A stretch of DNA of 64,000 nucleotides from Dehalococcoidia bacterium (GCA_965219085.1 OZ244720.1:707684-771683); one strand, 5' to 3'. Positions 35,571 to 47,415 are shown, counted from the stretch's first letter. The notes: generated by a model from the sequence alone, not told the origin. Numbers and translations are program-made.

Positions 35571-36497
35571 GGGCGGGCGGCCCCGCGCTCGCCGCGTCAT
35601 GGGGTAAGCCTAGAACCCCGCGCCGCGATTTTCCCTACCCGGCATCCCTCTGACTGAACACGGCGATCTCCAGTTGGCGGGGTTTCGAGTCGGCGGCAGC
35701 CCGAAGCGCTTGGCGCGCCTGAATCTGCCGAACAGGCGCTTGACCGACCCGCAGCCCGGAACACGGGCTGACACCGAAGCACTTGCGGCATGTAGCTGGC
35801 AGCCCCCGACGCCCAGAATTCCCCTTGCGCGGCCTTGCTCCCGCGCGAACGCCCCGCGCTCGAGGTGGGGCGCGGGAGGAGTAGCGGTTGCGGTCGCTAC
35901 AGCTAGCGACACCTGAGTGGCGACTGGCTCGGGTGTCCGGTGCGCTGTGACGGTCGGAGGCTGACGCCTCCTGACTCGGGGCCGAGACTGTGGTCTCGCC
36001 GCCGCAGGCCGTCGCCAGTAACACCAGCGAGCAGGCGAGCCCCGGCAAGAACGATCGGCTCCCCGCATGATGGCCCACCTCCGGGTGCCCGGTCTTAGAG
36101 ACCGGGCGGCACATCGCACTGCGTGTCAAGGACCATACCGTGGACGCGTTGCACCGGGGAGAGAGTTCACCGAAGAAGCACCAGCAATGTCCGCGATGTC
36201 ACACCACGTTCACTTCCAAAATGTATATCGTAACTGGCGGGTAACTCAGTTCGGGCGGCGTGAGTTCGACAGGCCGATCGCCGGGCCGGAGAAGCGGTGT
36301 GGGATCACCGGAATCCAAGAGCGGGTGCGCGGCAGACGGGCTACTCAGAGATGGTCCCGGCCCGGACCACGTCGTGGCGACGCTCGACAAGCGGGATGCC
36401 CTCGACGGGCTGGACGTGCTGCCGGGCTTCTCCTGCGCGGTGAGCGCCGTCGTTGGCGCCCGTTCCGTCCCGGAGCGCTCTGGACACGAGCGAACGC

Positions 36498-37040
36498 ATG
36501 ACCGCGGACGCGACTGATCCGCAACTGGCGAGTCAGGGCCGACGCCTCGCCGGGGCCGTGCTCGACGGCCTGCTGTTCGTCCTCACCCTCGGTATCGGCT
36601 GGGTCATCTGGTACCTGTTCACGGCGCGCGGTGGGCAGAGCCCGGCGAAGCGGCTGCTGGGCATGCGCGTCATCCTCGATGACGGCGCGGTAGCCAGCCG
36701 GAGCTGGATGCTCATCCGCGATCTGGCAGTGCGCGTCATTGCCTTCGGCGCGGTCAACCGGGTGCTGGTCGCGGTGCTCGGTGCGGACGCGGGCGGTGCC
36801 ATCTACGGGCTCGTCTTCGTCGTGGCGGCGCTGTGGTGCGTGTGGGACGCGGACCGCCAGTGCCTCTGGGACAAGATCGTGCGGACGCGCGTCGTGTACG
36901 GCCTGCGCGCCCCCGCCAGCGCCTCAGCGGGCCGCCGCAGGATCCTGCCCGACCTCCGCACTCGCTGGGATCCTCTCGACGCTTCGGCGTACACTTGTTC
37001 TGAGAGCGTACGGAACCTCGCCGATCCTGTAGGCGAGTAG
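36498..37040 (+). CDS. RDD-family membrane protein
   Basis: It has RRLAGAVLDGLLF...GQSPAKRLLGMRV and three TM helices. Confidence 0.6.
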   Translation: MTADATDPQLASQGRRLAGAVLDGLLFVLTLGIGWVIWYLFTARGGQSPAKRLLGMRVILDDGAVASRSWMLIRDLAVRVIAFGAVNRVLVAVLGADAGGAIYGLVFVVAALWCVWDADRQCLWDKIVRTRVVYGLRAPASASAGRRRILPDLRTRWDPLDASAYTCSESVRNLADPVGE

Positions 37041-37088
37041 CGCGGCAGGGCGGTGCCAGTCCGGCCGCGAGCCAGGGAGCACGAACCG

Positions 37089-38702
37089 ATGAACGACCGA
37101 CCCGACCCCACGCCGGCAGCGCTTTATGCCCGCGTCTCCAGCGACCGCCAGGACGTCGACCTCTCCGTCTCAGCCCAACTCCGGGCGCTGCGCGACTACG
37201 CCGAGAAGAACAACTACCTCGTCGTCCGCGAGTACGTCGATGAGGCCGAGAGCGGGCGCGTCGCCGACAGGCCCCAGTTCCAGAAGATGCTCGACGAGGC
37301 CAGCGGCGCGGACGCCCCCTTCCGTGAGATCCTCGTCTGGAAGTTCTCGCGCTTCACCCGCAAGCGCGAGCATGCCGTCGCCTTCAAGTCGATGCTGCGC
37401 CGCCGCGGCGTCCGCGTCGTCTCCATCACCGAGCACGCCGACGACACGCCCACCGGCAAGCTCATGGAGGCGATCATCGAGAGCGTCGACGAGTTCTACA
37501 GCGAGAACCTGGCACAGGAGGTCATGCGCGGCCTGCGCGAGTCGGCCTCTCGCGGATTCTGGGTCGCTCCCCGCGCTCCGTACGGCTACCGCAGGGTGCA
37601 GGTCCAGGACGGCCCGAGGACCCGACCGAAGCTGGAGCTGAATCCGCCCGCTGACGGCATGGTCCGCCGCATCTTCGAGATGGCGCTGCAAGACCGGAGC
37701 GTCCTCGACATCAGCAAGACCCTCAACGCCGAGGGCATCCCGAGTCCCGCAGGCAAGCGCTGGAACAAGACGACCATCCACCAGATGCTCGCCAACGAGA
37801 CCTACACGGGGACCCTGCTCTGGGGCGTCACCGCCAAGGACGGGCTGCCACCCGTGCGCGTGGACGACGCCTTCCCGGCCATCGTTTCCCGGGAGGAGTT
37901 CCGGCAGGTCGCGGCGCTGCTGCGCGCGAGGGCGCCCGCGCAGGTCCACCCCCGGCGCGCCGGTAGCCCCTACCTGCTGAGCGGGCTGGTCAAGTGCCAT
38001 CGGTGCCGCAGGGCGCTCACGGCCGCCGAGGCCAAGAGCGGCAAGTACACCTACTACGTCTGCCAGTCGTTGCTGAAGCGGGGCAGCGGCACGTGCGAGA
38101 CGCCGCGCCTCAACGCGAAGCGCTTCGAGCAGCTGATCATCGACCAGATCCGGGAGCACGTCCTCACCGAGTCCAACATCCGCGACCTCGTGCGGCTCGT
38201 CGATGAGGAGATGGACGGAGTGGCCCGCGAGGAGCGGGCGAAGCTCGAGAGCATCGAGGCGGAGCTGGCCGAGGTGCGCCGCCGGATGGACCGGCTGTGG
38301 CACGCCGTCGAGACCTCCGACCTTGAGGTGAACGACATCCTGCCCCGCATCAGGCAGCACCAGGAGCGCCAGGGACGCCTCGAGGCGGCGGCCCAGGATG
38401 CCCGCACGGCGCTGTCGGAGCGTCGCGTGGTGCTGGACAGCGTGGAGACCATCGCCGCCTTCGCCCGGGAGATGAGCGAGTTCCTGAGGACGAGCGACCT
38501 GACCGAGTCGAAGGCCTTCATCCGCTCCTTCGTGAAGGAGATCGCGGTGAAGCCCGGGACGGCGACGATCCGCTACACGATCCCGACGCCTCCCGACAGC
38601 ACAATCGGCGGTCGAGATGCCGCGGAGGTTGAGTTGCCCGAGGCAGTTCGCAGTACAGTCCAGTATGGCTGGGGACCAGGGATTCGAACCCCGACCTACT
38701 GA
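37089..38702 (+). CDS. Large serine recombinase (integrase)
   Basis: ATG at 37089. The resolvase-type N-terminus is AALYARVSSDRQD with the catalytic Ser. A recombinase domain, the zinc ribbon CHRCRR...YYVC and a coiled coil follow. The last 37 nt overlap tRNA-Gln. Confidence 0.85.
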   Translation: MNDRPDPTPAALYARVSSDRQDVDLSVSAQLRALRDYAEKNNYLVVREYVDEAESGRVADRPQFQKMLDEASGADAPFREILVWKFSRFTRKREHAVAFKSMLRRRGVRVVSITEHADDTPTGKLMEAIIESVDEFYSENLAQEVMRGLRESASRGFWVAPRAPYGYRRVQVQDGPRTRPKLELNPPADGMVRRIFEMALQDRSVLDISKTLNAEGIPSPAGKRWNKTTIHQMLANETYTGTLLWGVTAKDGLPPVRVDDAFPAIVSREEFRQVAALLRARAPAQVHPRRAGSPYLLSGLVKCHRCRRALTAAEAKSGKYTYYVCQSLLKRGSGTCETPRLNAKRFEQLIIDQIREHVLTESNIRDLVRLVDEEMDGVAREERAKLESIEAELAEVRRRMDRLWHAVETSDLEVNDILPRIRQHQERQGRLEAAAQDARTALSERRVVLDSVETIAAFAREMSEFLRTSDLTESKAFIRSFVKEIAVKPGTATIRYTIPTPPDSTIGGRDAAEVELPEAVRSTVQYGWGPGIRTPTY

Positions 38703-38739
38703 TCCAGAGTCAGCTGTCCTACCATTAGACTAGTCCCCA
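38666..38739 (-). tRNA. tRNA-Gln (anticodon CTG)
   Basis: A manual cloverleaf fold gives acceptor UGGGGAC/GUCCCCA, D-arm GUCU/GGAC, anticodon stem GCUGA/UCAGU with loop CUCUGGA, T-arm CGGGG-UUCGAAU-CCCUG, discriminator G, and an encoded CCA. Total length is 74 nt. Confidence 0.8.
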
Positions 38740-38775
38740 GCGGTCGATCCACCCTAACAAACAGCGGCCGACGGG

Positions 38776-40290
38776 TCACGATCCCGCCGCATCATCCTCG
38801 ACGGCCTCGGGCGGGTACGCCTCGACGAGCACGGGCACGGCCGCGCGCATGCGCTCGAGGCAGGGCGTCGCGCCGACGATCTCCATCGTCTCGAACAGCG
38901 GCGGGGTGACGCGCTTCCCGGTCACCGCGACGCGACACAGCATGAACAGGTCGCCGGCGCGCAGGCCGATCTCCTCGGCCGCAGCGCGGAGCGCGGCCTC
39001 CAGCGGCTCGGCGTCCCATGTGTCGGCGAGGGGTTCGAGGGCGGTGATCGCGGCCTCCAGCGCGGGGGCGGCGCGCTCCGGCGTCTTGCGCATGCCGCGC
39101 GCGATGAACTCGCCCGGCTCGGCCACCTCGACCTCCTCGGTGAAGAAGAAGTCGGTCATCGGCGCGACCTCGGAGAGCAGCTTCACGCGCTCCTGGATGA
39201 GCGGCGTGAACGCGTCGACGAGCTCGCCGTCGAGGGGGCGGGCGACCTCGGCGGGCAGGTCGTCGTCGAGGCGCTGCGCGAAGCGGCCGGCGAGGTCGTC
39301 GAGCGACAGCGAGCGCATGTACACGCCGTTCATCCACTCCAGCTTCTCGGTGTCGAACGTCGCCGGCGCCGGGTTGAGGCGGGCGAGGTCGAACGAGGCG
39401 ACGAGCTCGTCGCGCGAGAGGATCTCGGTCGAGTCGTCGAGCGCCCAGCCGGTGATGGCGAGGAAGTTGCACAGCGCCTCGGGCAGGTAGCCGTCGGCGG
39501 CGTAGTCGAGCACGGACTTGGCGCCCTGGCGCTTGGAGAGCTTGCCGCCGCCGGGGCCGAGGATGACCGGCGTGTGCACGAAGATCGGCGGCTCGTAGCC
39601 GAGCGCCTCGAACAGCCGCACGTGGCGCGGCGTCGACGGGATCCACTCGTCGCCGCGCGTGACGTGCGTGATCTCCATCGCATGGTCGTCGACGACGTGC
39701 GCGAGGTGGTACGTGGGGAAGCCGTCCGACTTCAGCATCACGAAGTCGTCGAGGACGCGGTTCTCGTAGGTGATGGCGCCGCGGATCAGGTCCTCGAACG
39801 TCGTCGAGCCCTCGCGCGGCATGCGGAACCGCACGACGTGCGACTCGCCCGCCGCGGCGCGGGCGGCTGTCTCGTCGGGGTCGAGGGCGCGGCAGCGGCC
39901 GGCGTAGCCGGGCGGCTGTCCGCTCGCGCGCTGCTGCTCGCGCAGCGCGCGCAGGTCGTCGGGCGTGCAGAAGCAGCGATAGGCGTTGCCGTCGGCGAGC
40001 AGCCGCTCGATCGCCTCGTGGTAGCGCTCGAGGCGCTGCGACTGGATGTACGGGCCGTACGGCCCGCCCTCCGCCGGCCCCTCGTCCCACTCGATGCCGA
40101 GCCAGCGCAGGGAGTCCTCGATGCGCTGCAGCGAACCCTCGACGGCGCGCGACTGGTCGGTGTCCTCGAGCCGCAGCACGAACGCCCCGCCGAGGCGGCG
40201 CGCGTGCAGCCAGCTCCACAGCGCGGTGCGGATGTTGCCGACGTGTGGGTCGCCGGTCGGGCTGGGCGCGTAGCGTAGTCGCACGGTCAT
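38776..40290 (-). CDS. gltX: Glutamate--tRNA ligase
   Basis: The HIGH motif is PSPTGDPHVGN and the KMSKS-like motif is KLSKR. It is 504 aa and its ATG overlaps the rluD stop (ATGA). Confidence 0.9.
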   Translation of the reverse strand: MTVRLRYAPSPTGDPHVGNIRTALWSWLHARRLGGAFVLRLEDTDQSRAVEGSLQRIEDSLRWLGIEWDEGPAEGGPYGPYIQSQRLERYHEAIERLLADGNAYRCFCTPDDLRALREQQRASGQPPGYAGRCRALDPDETAARAAAGESHVVRFRMPREGSTTFEDLIRGAITYENRVLDDFVMLKSDGFPTYHLAHVVDDHAMEITHVTRGDEWIPSTPRHVRLFEALGYEPPIFVHTPVILGPGGGKLSKRQGAKSVLDYAADGYLPEALCNFLAITGWALDDSTEILSRDELVASFDLARLNPAPATFDTEKLEWMNGVYMRSLSLDDLAGRFAQRLDDDLPAEVARPLDGELVDAFTPLIQERVKLLSEVAPMTDFFFTEEVEVAEPGEFIARGMRKTPERAAPALEAAITALEPLADTWDAEPLEAALRAAAEEIGLRAGDLFMLCRVAVTGKRVTPPLFETMEIVGATPCLERMRAAVPVLVEAYPPEAVEDDAAGS

Positions 40291-41222
40291 GCGGCATCCT
40301 CCTCGGTGTACGCGGCTACCTCGTGGTCAGCGCGGAGCGCCGCGATGGCGTCCTCGACGTCCTCGGGGAGCGGCGCGACGAACTCGCGCCACTCGCCTGT
40401 CGAGGGCAGGCACAGCCCGAGCCGGCGGGCGTGCAGCGCCTGGCGCGTGATGCGCGGCGAGGGGGAGCCGTAGAGGCTGTCACCGATGATCGGGTGGCCG
40501 ATGGCGTCGAGGTGGACACGGATCTGGTGCGTGCGGCCCGTGAGGATGCGCACCTCGACCAGTGCTGCCTCGTCGCCGTACTGCTCCAGCACGCGGTACT
40601 CGCTGAACGCCGGCTCGCCCTTCTCGACGACGGCGCGCCGCGTGGGGTCGGCCGGATCGGGCCCGAGCGGGGCGTCGATGCGGCCGGCGGCCGGCTCGAC
40701 GAAGCCCTCGGCGATGGCGTGGTAGACCTTGAGGATCTCGCGCGCCTTCCACTGCGCGCGCAGCAGGTCGCGGGCCGCCTCGGTCTTCGCGAACGCGATC
40801 GCCCCCGAGGTGTCGCGGTCGAGGCGGTGGACGAGCCCGGAGCGCGCACCGCCGATGGCGGCGACCTCCGGCCGGTGCGCGCGCACGACGTGCACGAGCG
40901 TGACCGCGGGGCGCCCCTGCACCGGGTGGACGAGCAGGCCGGCCGGCTTGTTCACGACCAGCAGCTCGTCGTCCTCGTACAGGACGTCGAAGTCCGCCTC
41001 GGCAGCGAGTGCGTCAAGGTCGGGGGTCGTGGGCAACCGGATCGTGATCTGGGCGCCCGAGCGCACGCGGCGGCCGGGTCGGGTTTGCGGCTTGCCGTCG
41101 ATGTCGGCGTGTCCGGCCTCGATCAGCCGCTGCGCCTGCGAGCGCGAGAGGTGCGTGAGGTGCGCCCCGACGAGCTGGTCGAGGCGCTCCTCGGCGTCCG
41201 CGGTGAACCGCTCGACCTGCAT
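40287..41222 (-). CDS. rluD: RluA-family pseudouridine synthase (RluD-like)
   Basis: It has an S4-like N-terminus and the catalytic motifs LLVVNKPAGLLVHP and HRLDRDTSG. Confidence 0.8.
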   Translation of the reverse strand: MQVERFTADAEERLDQLVGAHLTHLSRSQAQRLIEAGHADIDGKPQTRPGRRVRSGAQITIRLPTTPDLDALAAEADFDVLYEDDELLVVNKPAGLLVHPVQGRPAVTLVHVVRAHRPEVAAIGGARSGLVHRLDRDTSGAIAFAKTEAARDLLRAQWKAREILKVYHAIAEGFVEPAAGRIDAPLGPDPADPTRRAVVEKGEPAFSEYRVLEQYGDEAALVEVRILTGRTHQIRVHLDAIGHPIIGDSLYGSPSPRITRQALHARRLGLCLPSTGEWREFVAPLPEDVEDAIAALRADHEVAAYTEEDAA

Positions 41223-41235
41223 CAGGCGCCTCGCG

Positions 41236-41760
41236 TCACTCGGCCGCTTCGTCCGGCGCGTCGGGCCGTAGCGAGAGCAGGATGAGCGCGATCACGCCGA
41301 CGACGATCGAGGAGTCGGCGAGGTTGAACGCGGGGTAGTGGGTCGGGTCGATGAAGTCGGTGACCTCGCCGCGCAGCAGGCGATCGATGAGATTGCCGAC
41401 CGCCCCGCCCAGCACGAGCGCCAGCGCCACCGTGTAGAGCCGGTCACCGGCGGGCGCGACGTACAGCAGCACGAGCACCACGGCGACCCCGACGAGAGAG
41501 CTGACGACGAGCAGCGGACCTGCGCCCTGCAGGATACCGAAGGCCGCGCCGGTGTTCTCGACGTGGGAGATACGGATCAGCTCGAAGCCGGCCGGCCACG
41601 TCTCGCCCTCGGCGAGCCAGCCGCGGATGAGCGCCTTCGTCGCCTGGTCCAGCACGACCGCGGCGATCGCGATCGTGGCGAAGAGCCGCGCCTGCGGCGC
41701 GTGCGAGGCCGGTGCGGACTCGCGCACGGAGGCGCCGGGGCTGGCTTCGATGCGTTCCAT
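41236..41760 (-). CDS. lspA: Lipoprotein signal peptidase II
   Basis: It has four TM helices and the motifs GNLIDRL and FNLADS. Confidence 0.8.
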   Translation of the reverse strand: MERIEASPGASVRESAPASHAPQARLFATIAIAAVVLDQATKALIRGWLAEGETWPAGFELIRISHVENTGAAFGILQGAGPLLVVSSLVGVAVVLVLLYVAPAGDRLYTVALALVLGGAVGNLIDRLLRGEVTDFIDPTHYPAFNLADSSIVVGVIALILLSLRPDAPDEAAE

Positions 41761-41940
41761 GGGGTCATCGTAGCCGAGCGCGCGGTTCCAGTCCGAGGCG
41801 GGCGCGCGCGGCCGGGGAGCTCGCGAGCCGCCCCACTACGTGGGTAGTAAGCGCGGTTGTGACCCCCTCGCAACGCCCGATACGATGGATCGGCCGCGAG
41901 GATCTCCCGGGCGTGGCCGCCCGAGACGAGAGGGGGAGCC

Positions 41941-42546
41941 GTGACGACCCAACAGGCCGGCAACAAGCCGAGTCGCCCACCCGAAGCCGACCGACTGCCT
42001 CCGGGGCAGCGGCTCACCGACGGCTGGCCAGTGCTCACCTACGGCTCGACGCCTCGTGTCGACCTCGCGACGTGGGAGTTCCGCATCTTCGGCCTGGTCG
42101 AGGGGGAGCAGCGCCTGAGCTGGGATGAGTTCAACGCGCTCCCGCAGATCGATACGACCACGGACATCCACTGCGTCACCACGTGGAGCCGCTACGACAA
42201 CCGCTGGCAGGGCGTCCGCTTCCGCGACCTCCTGGAGCTGGTCACGGTGCTGCCCGAGGCGAACGAGGTGATGTTCCACTCCTACGGCGGCTACACGACG
42301 AACGTGCCGCTCGACGAGCTCATGGGCGACGACGTGCTCCTCGCGCACAGCCACGACGGCCAACCCCTCGGACCCGACCACGGCGGCCCGCTGCGCGGGG
42401 TGATCCCGCAGCTCTACTTCTGGAAGAGCGCGAAGTGGGTGCGCGGCATCGAGTTCCTGCCCGAGGTCCGCCCGGGCTTCTGGGAGATGTACGGCTACCA
42501 CATCCACGGCGACCCGTGGAAAGAGGAGCGCTACGTCGGCGACTAG
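41941..42546 (+). CDS. Molybdopterin-binding oxidoreductase domain protein (sulfite-oxidase/MsrP-like)
   Basis: GTG at 41941. It has the conserved DIHCVTTWSR...WQGV and Mo-cofactor domain features. Confidence 0.6.
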   Translation: MTTQQAGNKPSRPPEADRLPPGQRLTDGWPVLTYGSTPRVDLATWEFRIFGLVEGEQRLSWDEFNALPQIDTTTDIHCVTTWSRYDNRWQGVRFRDLLELVTVLPEANEVMFHSYGGYTTNVPLDELMGDDVLLAHSHDGQPLGPDHGGPLRGVIPQLYFWKSAKWVRGIEFLPEVRPGFWEMYGYHIHGDPWKEERYVGD

Positions 42547-42616
42547 CCTCGTCTGTAGCCGCCTGCCTCGTCTGTCGAGGAGCCCCGAAACTCGGCCCAC
42601 TCCCCCGCATGGCAGA

Positions 42617-42642
42617 GAGAGGCCCGCGTGAGCGGGCCTCTC
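42617..42642. terminator. Bidirectional GC-rich hairpin between convergent genes
   Basis: gagaggcccgc-gtga-gcgggcctctc is a perfect 11-bp stem with a 4-nt loop. Confidence 0.55.
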
Positions 42643-42664
42643 CGTGTGCGACCGCTGCCGTGGT

Positions 42665-43440
42665 TCAGGCGATGCGGCGTCGGGTGTAGACGGCCGCGCC
42701 CGCGACGAGCATGACGGCCGCGGTGAGCGCTGCCCACTGCCACGCGGCGGGCCCGCTGGTAGCGGTCACCAGCCCGGCGTTGCCGGTGTTGGGACGCGGC
42801 ATGGTCTGCTGGACCACCTCGATCGTGGCGGTCGCCTGCGTGCCGCTCACGAGGTCGAGCAGGCGGATCGTCTCGGTGGTGGCGACGCCGTGTCGACGTT
42901 GTCGACGCCGCGCGAGGGGTCGGGCTGGCCGCCGTCGAAGCCCGTGAACAGCCCGGTGTTCTCCTCGGTGCCGGCCTCGTAGGCTCGCAGCTCGATGGTC
43001 TGGCTGAGCGGCGTGTCGCCGTCGAAGAGCGCGACCGACTGCAGCCCGACGAAGCCGTCGTTCGTCGCGACGAGCATCTGCGCCGTGGGGAGCAGGTCAC
43101 CAGGCTCGGCCGTCACCTCGAAGACTACCGTCGCGCCGCTCGCGGGGGCTGCGTCAATCTCGCCCGCGCCGAGCGCGGACACCGCCTCGGCAGGGTTGCC
43201 GATCTCGGCGATACGCTCGATGGCGAGCGACGCCTCGGCGTCGCGGGCCCAGAGCGCGCCGGAATCGGTGTGCACGAGCCAGGCCCCGGGACTGAGGATC
43301 TGCTCCGGGTCGCTCGCGTTGGTGATCGTCACCCGGAACGTCACCGGGCGGGCGGCCTCCGTGGTACTCGCGAGGCCGGACAGCATTGCCGCGGCCAGGG
43401 CGAGCACCAGGATCGCTGTGATGGGGGTACGGAACATGTT
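42665..43440 (-). CDS. Secreted spondin-N-like domain protein with an apparent frameshift before a C-terminal TM anchor
   Basis: ATG at about 43440 with signal peptide MFRTPITAILVLALAAAMLSG. The main frame stops at 42847, but an overlapping frame continues as ...TIEVVQQTMPRPNTGNAGLVTATSGPAAWQWAALTAAVMLVAGAAVYTRRRIA, a sorting-signal-like tail of TM helix plus basic residues. Confidence 0.45.
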
Positions 43441-43571
43441 GCACCCCTCCTTTCTCGCACCTTTCCAATACCTAGTCTCGCACATTTCAAGACCAAGTAT
43501 CACACTGGGGCGAAAAAAAACGCGCCGGCCAAGAGTCGGCGCGTCGGGCGATCGGATCGGAGTTGGCGCTG

Positions 43572-44754
43572 CTAGACCGTATGGAGTGACCGGCTCCGAG
43601 TTCGCAAACTCGCGGGTTACAGACGCGAGGCATGCAGAGCCGCATGCGAAAGGAGCCGGTCAGGAAGATGACTACCACATACGCAGGGATGGATGCACAC
43701 GCGCGGGCGATCCACGTGGCGGTGCTGGCGCCGGGGGCCGAGCGGCCCGAGGAGTGGCAGCTGGCGAACGAGCCGAAGGCGGTGAAGCGGCTCGCGCAGC
43801 GCCTGCGGCGCATGGCGCCGGGGCCGCTCGTGGCCTGCTACGAGGCCGGGCCGGGCGGCTTCGCGCTGCAGCGCCGGCTGGAGGCCGAGGGCGTCGAATG
43901 CCGGGTGATCGCCCCGGCGCTGATCCCCAGGCGACCCGGCGACCGCGTCAAGACCGACCGTCGCGACGCACGGAAGCTCGCCGAGCTGCTGCGCGCGGAC
44001 CTGCTCACGGCGGTGCATCCCCCGACCATCGACCAGGAGGCGGTGCGCGACCTCTGCCGGGCGCGCGAGGACGCCGTGACCGACCGCACGCGGGCGCGCC
44101 ACCGCCTGGCGAAGCTGCTGCTGCGGCGCGGCATCGCCTACGACGGGCGGAACTGGACGCTGCGGCACCGCCGCTGGCTGCTGACGCTGCGCTTCGAACA
44201 CCCGGCCGCGCAGGCCACCTTCGACGACTACCTGCGCGCGCTCGAGGGCGTGGAGGAGCGGCTGCGCACGCTGGAGCAGGAACTGGCCGCGTGTGCCGCC
44301 AGCGACGACTACCGCGAGGCGGTGGGGCTGCTGCGCTGCTTCCGCGGGGTCGACACGGTGACGGCGATGACGGTGCTGGCCGAACTCGGCGACGTCACGC
44401 GCTTCGGCAGCGCCCGGCAGCTGATGTCCTACCTCGGGCTGACGCCGAGCGAGCACAGCAGCGGGGCGCGCCAGCGGCGGGGGCCGATCACGAAGACAGG
44501 GAACAGCCACGTGCGCCGCATCCTGGTGGAGAGCGCCTGGCACTACCGCCACCCGCCGCGGGTCGGCGCAGCCCTGCGCAAGCGGCGGGAGGGCCAGCCG
44601 GGCTGGGCCGTGGTGCTGGCCGACCGGGCGCAGACCCGGCTCTATCGCCGCCACCGGCGGCTGGCCGCTCACGGCAAGCCGTCGGTCGTGGCGAACACCG
44701 CCGTCGCCCGCGAACTTGCGGGCTACCTGTGGGCGGTGCTGCGGCGTATCCCCG
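43572..44754 (+). mobile_element. IS110-family insertion sequence, copy 1 (about 1183 bp)
   Basis: Boundaries are defined by identity to the inverted copy at 49010-50194. It has no obvious terminal inverted repeats. Confidence 0.75.
43668..44754 (+). CDS. IS110-family transposase (DEDD); the ORF reads through the insertion-sequence end into flanking DNA
   Basis: It has MTTTYAGMDAHARAIHVAVL and the C-terminal motif YLGLTPSEHSSG. Confidence 0.75.
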
Positions 44755-44913
44755 CCGGCCTCGACCTCCCGAACCATCTCCAGCCGGGCAGCCGGTGTCA
44801 GACGCGCGTTAGGATGTGCCACGAGAGGCTCCTCTCCTGCTCCTGGTGCGTTCGTGACACACACAGCAGCAGGCGGAGCCCCTCACCTGCAACAACCTAC
44901 GTGGGAACTACAC

Positions 44914-46392
<1,479 letters not shown>

Positions 46393-46618
46393 GTACTGCA
46401 CTCCTGTAGCGCAGTGCGGGGCGGTGGCGCGTAATGTTGCGGCAGGTTTCCGACTGGCGCTAGTACCCCGCGCAGAGTTCGTCTGCGTTGCGGCCAACAC
46501 GTGCTAGAATGCATGCGCTGGCCCCCGGAACGCCGACCGGGAAGCCACTCCCCTCTGGACGCCGAGTCGAATCGAGGCATGCACTCGTGAGAGGGAAGAA
46601 CCACGTGAGATCCTTGAA

Positions 46619-47072
46619 CATGCCGGGCGGTCGCCGCGGAGGCGGCGGTCTGGTCTTCGTGACGGTGGTCGCCGCTGCCGCGGTCGCCGTGTTCCTGTGG
46701 TGGCGACGCCGCCAGGACGCACGGATGCGGGAAGCCGCCGAGACGCCGCAGGCGTGGGCGCCGCCCGCCGCGCCCGCGCCAGCCGCGCAACCCGAGCCCA
46801 TGGCCGCTCCGGCCCAGCCCATGGCGGCTGCTCCAGCCGCGCCCGCGGCGCCGCCGATGGCGCCACCGGCGCCGGCCGCGCCACCGGCGCCGGCCGCCCC
46901 GCCGATGGCTCCTCCGCCAATGGCGGCGCCCATGCAGGCGCCGGCGGCGCAGCAGCCCGTGGCGGCGGCGGTCCCTAACGGGAACGGGCACCCGCCGATG
47001 GCTGCCGCCCCCGACGGCAGTGGCGTGCCGATGTATGCGCAACCGCTCGGAGCGATGCCCGTCGCCCGGTAG
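46619..47072 (+). CDS. Membrane-anchored Pro/Ala-rich low-complexity protein
   Basis: It has one TM helix (LVFVTVVAAAAVAVFLWW) and then APAAPPMAPP-type repeats. Confidence 0.4.
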
Positions 47073-47271
47073 CGGGCAAGCAGACCCTCAGGAACTGGTT
47101 CACGGCCTCGCTCGGCACTCCGGGCGGGGCCGTTTTCTCGTATCGCAGCCCATTCGACGCGCGCCGGACACGACAGCGTGGGTCGCGCCCGACGGTGACC
47201 GGCCCGCCGAGCGCGGTCCGGATGCACGTATGACCGTGGGTGCGGGCGTTGGTATCCTCGGAGAGTCAGCA

Positions 47272-47347
47272 GCCCCCATCGTCTAGGGGACCAGGACGCC
47301 ACCCTTTCAAGGTGGAAACAGCGGTTCGAATCCGCTTGGGGGTACCA
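47272..47347 (+). tRNA. tRNA-Glu (anticodon TTC)
   Basis: A manual fold gives acceptor GCCCCCA/UGGGGGU, anticodon stem CCACC/GGUGG with loop CUUUCAA, T-loop UUCGAAU, and an encoded CCA. Confidence 0.7.
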
Positions 47348-47415
47348 AGGTTTTTAGGGGTTCCTGCAATTTACCGTTCGGTCGATCGCACGAAATGGGG
47401 CCATTTTGGGGCCAT

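Noticed and set aside
36067-36501. ORFs in the 35.2-36.5 kb noncoding block, including a lipoprotein-like minus-strand ORF at 35635-36129
   Set aside because: They have no ribosome-binding sites, degenerate composition after a short plausible N-terminus, and numerous stops in the other frames. The region was treated as noncoding and possibly decayed.
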